Notes under the pieces: model-generated | The model's database searches: none | Seen by the model: only the letters and a program-made list of their open reading frames with translations | Told to the model about the DNA's origin: nothing | Made by a program: the position numbers and the translations under genes | Origin: Protoeuglena noctilucae | Taxonomy: Eukaryota | Direction: 5' to 3' | Length of the DNA: 64,000 nt | NCBI GenBank assembly: GCA_958009085.1 | Contig: OY253669.1 | Span: 1,612,001-1,676,000, forward strand | In this document: positions 57,969 through 64,000 of the stretch, piece after piece | Layout: the number at the start of each line of letters is the position of its first letter | How positions within the stretch are numbered: the stretch's first letter is position 1

Positions 57969-60900
57969 ATGGTGGCGACCAACGCCGAGGTCGACCTGGA
58001 AAAGGTCGTTCTCCCGCCGGGAGAGGACTTTGGGATCCCTTCTGATTATGAGGTAGACGAGGAGCAGATCGAGCTCTCCCGGGGGTTCGAGACCTGCATC
58101 GGTGAGGCCGAAAGCGCGCTCCCGGGCGTTCCCGATATGCGTGGACGCGGCAGGAGTAATGGTATGATGGATTTGATGCCATTTGTGCTTGGCGACACCC
58201 CTGTGCGCGCGCCAGGGGAGGCACTCCGCCTGGGGTGCGCTGCCCCGGGGCCGTGCCGGGACGAGGCCTGCCTCTGCGCTGACCATGTACAACGCGTGGC
58301 ACGGGTCGGGCGGTCCGGCTGGCGGAAACCCCCGCATCGGTCGCCAGCCTTGCTTCATTGGGGGCGGCGGCCGACGATCCCTACTGCCGCCCTGCACGCA
58401 CGCGGGCCCCGCCCCTCGATTTGCGAGATGAGTGCGACGTCCCGCCATAGCGCTCCGACGCCTCCTGGATCGCAGTGGTGGACGGGCTGCCGGTGGTGCC
58501 CCCGGAGAAGACGGAAAAGCTTCTGGGCATCGTGCGCAAGGTGTTTGGGCAGGTCGGGGACATGCGGGACGGCTCGCCGTACATGCCGATGTCGGAGGAC
58601 GGCTCCACGTCGCTGGGCATCTGCTTCATCGAGTACGACAGCCCCGGGATGGCCCAGCGCGCGATCAACGACCTCAACGGCTTTGGCCTCGACAAGAAGC
58701 ACATCTTCCGCGTCAACCCATTCGACGACATCGAGCGGTTCGCGAAGGTGAGGCCCGCGGCAGGCGGCGGCGGCCGGGGCGGGCTGAGGAGCCCCGAGGG
58801 GCCTCGTGCTCCCGGCAGCCTGCGTATTCGCGCCGCCTGCGCCGCCGCCGCAGGTCCCGGACGAGTACCGGCCGCCCGAGGCGCAGAAACACTCGACGCA
58901 CGACCAGCTGCACTCGTGGCTGCTGGACCGGCGGGGCCGGGACCAGTTCTTCGTGCGTTTCGGGACGCGCGCGCAGGTCTGCTGGAACTGGGCGCAGCGC
59001 AAGGAGGCCGAGGTGGCGTACCAGCGCGACTTCTGGGCGGACTTATTCCTCGACTGGTCGCCGCTGGGCAACATGATCGCCACGGCGCACCGGCAGGGCG
59101 TGGCGGTGTGGGGCGGCCCTGACTTCACGCGCCTGCAGCGGTTTGAGCATCCCGGCGCGCAGTACATCCAGTTCTCGCGCGGGGAGAACTACCTGGCGAC
59201 GATGAGCGTGGTGGAGAGCAAGCGGGGGAGCAAGATCTCCCTCAAGGTGTTCAACACCCGCACCGCCAAGCTCCTGCGGTTGTTTGAGGGGCCTGAGGAG
59301 GACATCCTGCCGCTGGGGCTGCGCGAGTGGCCCGTGCTGCAGTGGAGCGGGGGCATCGACGACAAATACGTCGCAAAGATCTCGCCCGCGGGGGACGCGG
59401 TGCAGGTGAGGGGCGCTGGCATGAGGGGCTGTGGCAGGAGACGCTGGCATGACAGAGGCTGGCGAGAGAGGAGAGAGAGAGCGTGCATGCAAGGCGTTCC
59501 TGTTACTGCATGCGTGGCGCGATAGGAACAAGCTGCTGCACGGCTGGGTTCGGGTTCGCTTGTCCTTAGCACCACCCGCTTGCCCCTTCGCAGGTGTACG
59601 AGCTGCCGGAGATGACGCTGCTGGACCGCAAGTCGATCAAGCTGGACGCGCTGAAGGAGTGCCAGTGGTCGCCGCGGGACCCCATGCTGGCCGCGTACCA
59701 GGCCGAGGACGCCACGGGCAACCGGCCGGCACGCGTGGTGCTCATCAAGGTGCGGGGCGACCACATGTGGGGTGCCTGGCACGCCATGTCTCATGGTGCT
59801 GAGCAATGTCAGTGTTGGCGCAGTGTGATGTCGTCTGGTGGCGCTTCCTGACGCCAACAGCACACGCGTCATTGCGCTGTCGCGCTGCACTGGGTGACCC
59901 AGCTTCGGCGCCACCGCTCGCCCGACGCTGCGCCCCGCGCCTCCGCCGCAGATCCCGGAGCGCACGGAGGTGCGGCAGAAGAACCTCTTCAACGTGAGCG
60001 AGGCGCGGATGTTCTGGCACCCCCAGGGGGACTACCTGGCCGTCAAGGTGGAGCGCAAGTCCAAGACGGGCAAGACCAACACGCCCACGTTCGAGTTCTT
60101 CCGGCTCAACGAGAAGGTGCGCAGCTGTCGTTGCTGTTGGTACTGCGTGGCTCATGGCCTGGGTGCTGCGGTTCTAATGGCTTTGGGTGGCACGTTGCAT
60201 GGCAGCGTCGCCTTGGTCAGTCCCGGGTGTGTTGCGTCATGGGATGACCCTGACCCTGGGCCTGGCGCGTGGCTGCCCGCAGGACGTGCCGATGGAGGTG
60301 ATGGAGCTCCCCGTGAAGACGCACCGGGTGTTCAACTTCGCGTGGGAGCCCCGCGGCAACCGCTTCTGCGTGGTGCACGGGGACGGCCCGCGCCACGAAG
60401 TGTCGTTCTACACCATGGAGGGGGCGTCCAAGGCGGGCGTGGGGCAGGTCACGCTGCTCAACACGCTCAAGAACAAGCAGACCAACCAGCTCTTCTGGTC
60501 GCCCGGGGGCAAGAACATTGTCATGGCCACGCTGGGCGGGTCCGCGGGGCTGCTCGAGTTCTTCAACGGTGAGGGGCGGGGGCTGGGTTGACTACCCTGG
60601 ATGGGGTTGGCTGACTTGACTGGCTGGGTGACCTGGGAAAGCTAGGTTGTCATGCGCGGGTCAGGTGCGCTGGGTTGGCATTGTGAGACTGCACAGCACG
60701 CATGCCCCTGGGCCAGAGCGCCGCCCAAGCAGGCTCATGAGCAGCTCGTTTCTTGTGCCACAGTGGAGGAGATGGCGTCGATGGCGTCTGAGGAGCACTT
60801 CATGTGCGTGGGGGGCGCGTGGGACCCCACCGGCCGCTACTTCGCCTCGTGGGTCGACAGCCGGCACCAGATGGAGAACGGATACGAGATTCGGTCCTTC

Positions 60901-61479
60901 AACGGCAAGCTCCTGTACCGCGAGTCCCTCGACGCCTTCGCCCAGTTCCAGTGGCGCCCGCGGCCCCCGTCCCTGCTGGTGACAACCACGCATGCACGCC
61001 CTATGCACCAATACTGTGCTGCATCCATGCCTGCCGCCGCGTGTGGCTGCCCTCTCGTAGCCGGTGCCTGCTTATTACCCGTCGCGTGCACCGGCCCCTC
61101 CCGCTCAACAACCTGGGTTTGGGCTCGCCCCCACTCTTCCACCCCCCGACCCCCCCCGGCACGCGCATTCTAACGTTCCCGCCCCCCGCAGTCGCCCGAG
61201 GAGGAGAAGCAGATCGCGAAGAACCTGAAGCGTTACGCGAAGCGTTTCGAGGAGGAGGACGCGGCTCTGCTGAACGAGGCGGACGCGGAGGTGGTGAGGC
61301 GGCGGGAGGAGCAGTACGAGGCGTGGGCCACGTGGCAGCAGCGTCGGAACGGCATCCCGGAGGCGCGGGAGAAGGCGGTGCGGGAGAAGTACCCCTGGGT
61401 GGTGGACATGGGGCCCTACACCGTGCAGCTGGTGGAGAGGGAAGAGGTGGTGGAGGTGACGACGCAAGTCGTCGGGTGA
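57969..61479 (+). CDS. eIF3b: Eukaryotic translation initiation factor 3 subunit B, 8 exons
   Basis: VVDGLPVVPPEKTEKL RRM with GICFIEY and LDKKHIFRVN; WSPLGN, QGVAVWGG, RQKNLFNVS, FAWEPRGNRF, WDPTGRY, FQWRPRPPSLL. Confidence 0.97.
58159..58286 (+). ncRNA. Candidate intronic box C/D snoRNA in eIF3b intron 1
   Basis: Near-consensus box C ATGATGG (58164) and box D CTGA (58279-58282), closed by an ATGG/CCAT terminal stem in k-turn register. No rRNA target identified. Confidence 0.3.
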
Positions 61480-61679
61480 TGATGGGGAGACTCGTGTGGG
61501 GTGGCCCACGGGGCTGGGGGACGGGGGCAGAGTTGTTTGACTTGTGGGGTGTGTGCGGCACTATCAGATGGCCCTGTCCCTTGTGGCAGAGCGCTATGAC
61601 CATGGGTGGGGCGATGTGTGGGCGATGCGGGGGCACGACGGCCTTCAACGTCCGCTTATTGAATCGCGTGTATCTTTTT

Positions 61680-63882
61680 TTAATGGCTGAAGTCCCAGGC
61701 GATGTCTATGTAGGGCGACTCCCATGTCGGCAGACCGTGGGCCACGCTCACGCGCACGCTCTGCCCCTCGAGGGCCACTGAAAGGGAGCCCGCGTGCTCC
61801 ACCAGCCGCCGGCAGCACTGCTGGAACTGCAGCGACGTCACCCGCGGGTCCCTGGGGGCGGTGGCAGGGAAGCTGTCGTGGCAACGGGGCACGTGTTGCG
61901 CACGCACTGCAACACATGCCGCAGATGCACTGCGATACATGCCGCCGCCCGCCGACGCACCGGACCAGGCGCCGCAGCCGCAGCTGGGTGCGCGCGAACG
62001 TGGCGGCCCGTGCCGCCGCATCCTCATCCCTGGCGTGACGAGACTGCGCCTCCCTCGCCTGCCTCCCTCGTGCCGCCAGAAACGCAAGCAAGTCCGTGGC
62101 TGCCACCGCCACGTGCGCCGCCATCCGCCCCGTGGCTTCGTCCACCCAACACGGCTCGGGCATCCCGCCACCCCGGTCCTCACCCTCCTCGGTAAACGTC
62201 AGCGCCAGGCCTGACAAGTCCACGCCCCCTACGGGGTCCACGCCGAGCCTCCGTGCCGCATCCACCGCGTCCACCAGCGCTCCCAGGGCAGCGTGGTACG
62301 CGGGCGTGAAGGTGAGCGACTTGGGCGCCACGATCACCCTGCGCGCGATATGGACTGGGCGGGGTGCTGGCAGGTTGTCCATGCAGGCTTGGCTGACTTT
62401 GACATGACAGCAGCAAAGCACGGGCTCTGTGCTGTGTCACAACGACACCCTACCAGCCGCTCACCCCAGCCCCAGCGCATCTGCTGCCCGGTCCTCCAGC
62501 TTCCGAATCCGGCCCAGGCGTGCCTTGCGCAGTGCCACCTCTGCCCAGTTGACATTGCACAGGGCGTCTGCCCACGTCTCTGGCCCAGCCTGCCGCACGT
62601 CCAGCCACACGGTGCCTGAGGCATCCACGCCCGCCCTGCAGCAGCAAGGAAGAGTGACAAACTTGTTCAGCTGCAAAGAGGCTCTCGTGGGCTTGAGTCC
62701 AGCCATGTGACAATGCCGTGCAGCGTCGACCTGACCCCGGGAGCCCTGTGCTCAGATGGCCAATGCCGCTGCGTATGTGCCACGCCCGCACCCGTTCCCG
62801 AGGGCGATGGTCTGTCCACGGAGCGCCCCAGCACCCATGCGCGTCTCGACGGCGTCCACAGCGGCCGCGAGCACCGTCAGCAGCTCCGCCTGGCGACGGG
62901 GGTGCTCCCTCGCCACCTCCGTCACGCTCACGAGGACGCCCCTCGCAGTGCGGAACGCGCCCCGCATCGTCGCAATCCGGTCCCTGCGGCACGGGAGAAA
63001 GCTGATGCGGGGAATGAGACAGCCTACGGTGGGATGAGAGGTACCACCCCTGCAGCGCCCAAAGCCCTGGGCACCCGCTGGGCTACCGGCATCCTAGGCT
63101 AGGATGGTGGGTAGGCATGGTGAGCAAGCACGCTGAGCACGCATGATGCTAAGGCAACATAGCCTTCACCTTTGCGCCACGAGCTCCGCTTCCTGGCGCC
63201 TCGCCACCTCCGCGGCAGCGCGCGCAAACTCCGCGATTGGCGCGTGCGTGTCCACCTCACTGCGGCCAGGCCACGACACCGAGGCATTTGTCAAACACGC
63301 CAAATATCCAGATACAGCCAGCCAGGCAAGGTGCCAATGTCAAGAGGATGACACTCAGTGTCTGCAGAACACGCACCGCCCGAGGGCATTGTCCTCACCC
63401 CAGGTAGTCGGCTGCGAATGCCCCGAACGTGTCGGCGCCTCCGAGTGTCTTCCCCACGGCCTCCCGGGGCACCGCCCCACACGCCACCGCGAGGATGAGC
63501 AGGGCGCGGCGGGTGGAGGCAACGGGGTCACCCTCGGGGCCGACGATGGGCGCCGGCAGCTGCACCGTCAGGCGCGTCAGGCCCAGATCCTCCACCCTGC
63601 GGCAGGGGGGCAGCCGTACGCGCGCCATGGCTTCGCTTGCCCCTCACAGCGACCGTGGCTGGTTGCCTGCGAGAGTTGTCCCCCCGCCCTCCGCAGAAGC
63701 CCTCACCTGGCCTCCACGCCGGGAAGACCCTCGCCCGAATTCCTTTGCACTGTCGCGTCGTCATCGCGCGTCCTCACATAGAAGTGCAGACGCACAGGGC
63801 CCCTGTCACCGTGGGACGAGGCCCCATGCACACGCCCTCCCGTCAATCGCACGCCCGCAGCATCCAAGTAGGCCTGGAGCAG
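61680..63882 (-). CDS. TCAIM: TCAIM-like (DUF4460/DUF4461) protein; 5' end probably beyond the window
   Basis: C-terminal LRLRRLVRDPRVTSLQFQQCCRRL...LEGQSVRVS...IDIAWDF resembles the TCAIM C-terminus. N-proximal exons LLQAYLDAA and FYVR. Confidence 0.65.
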
Positions 63883-64000
63883 CTGCGGGGGAATGAGGCG
63901 TGGACAGCTCGGTTGCGCTGGAGGTGTAAGGCTCCCTTGATGGGCCAGGCACCCTAGCTAGGCGAGGACAATGGACAAAAAGACCACGAGAACGTGCCTG

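Overview
Very GC-rich, gene-dense eukaryotic nuclear DNA from a chlorophyte green alga, probably flagellated. A pedinophyte-like lineage is a guess from GC content, compactness and short introns, not a database result. The standard genetic code is used (TAA, TAG and TGA all act as stops). I reconstruct 22 spliced genes by eye, in order: CEP164-like WW/IQ protein, SEC10, adenylate kinase, CPN20, PB1-type (B4) Raf-like kinase, Mrc1/Claspin-like protein, TMEM230, TOC34, bZIP factor, EAF1, AP2/ERF factor, carA, MENG, VDAC, plastid RPL11, WDR54, SMC3, RFT1, ankyrin protein, ELIP, eIF3b and a 5'-truncated TCAIM-like gene. There is one 200-N assembly gap. I saw no transposon, tRNA, rRNA or CRISPR. 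Most long ORFs in the supplied track are GC-driven shadow frames. The most striking signal is an unusually high frequency of GC-AG introns: at least 12 among roughly 120 introns. Other notable points are near-strict alternation of gene orientation, two compositional classes of intron suggesting gene-body methylation, a GC-skew flip inside the kinase gene, a candidate intronic C/D snoRNA and a candidate poison exon. All exon structures are manual inferences without RNA data.
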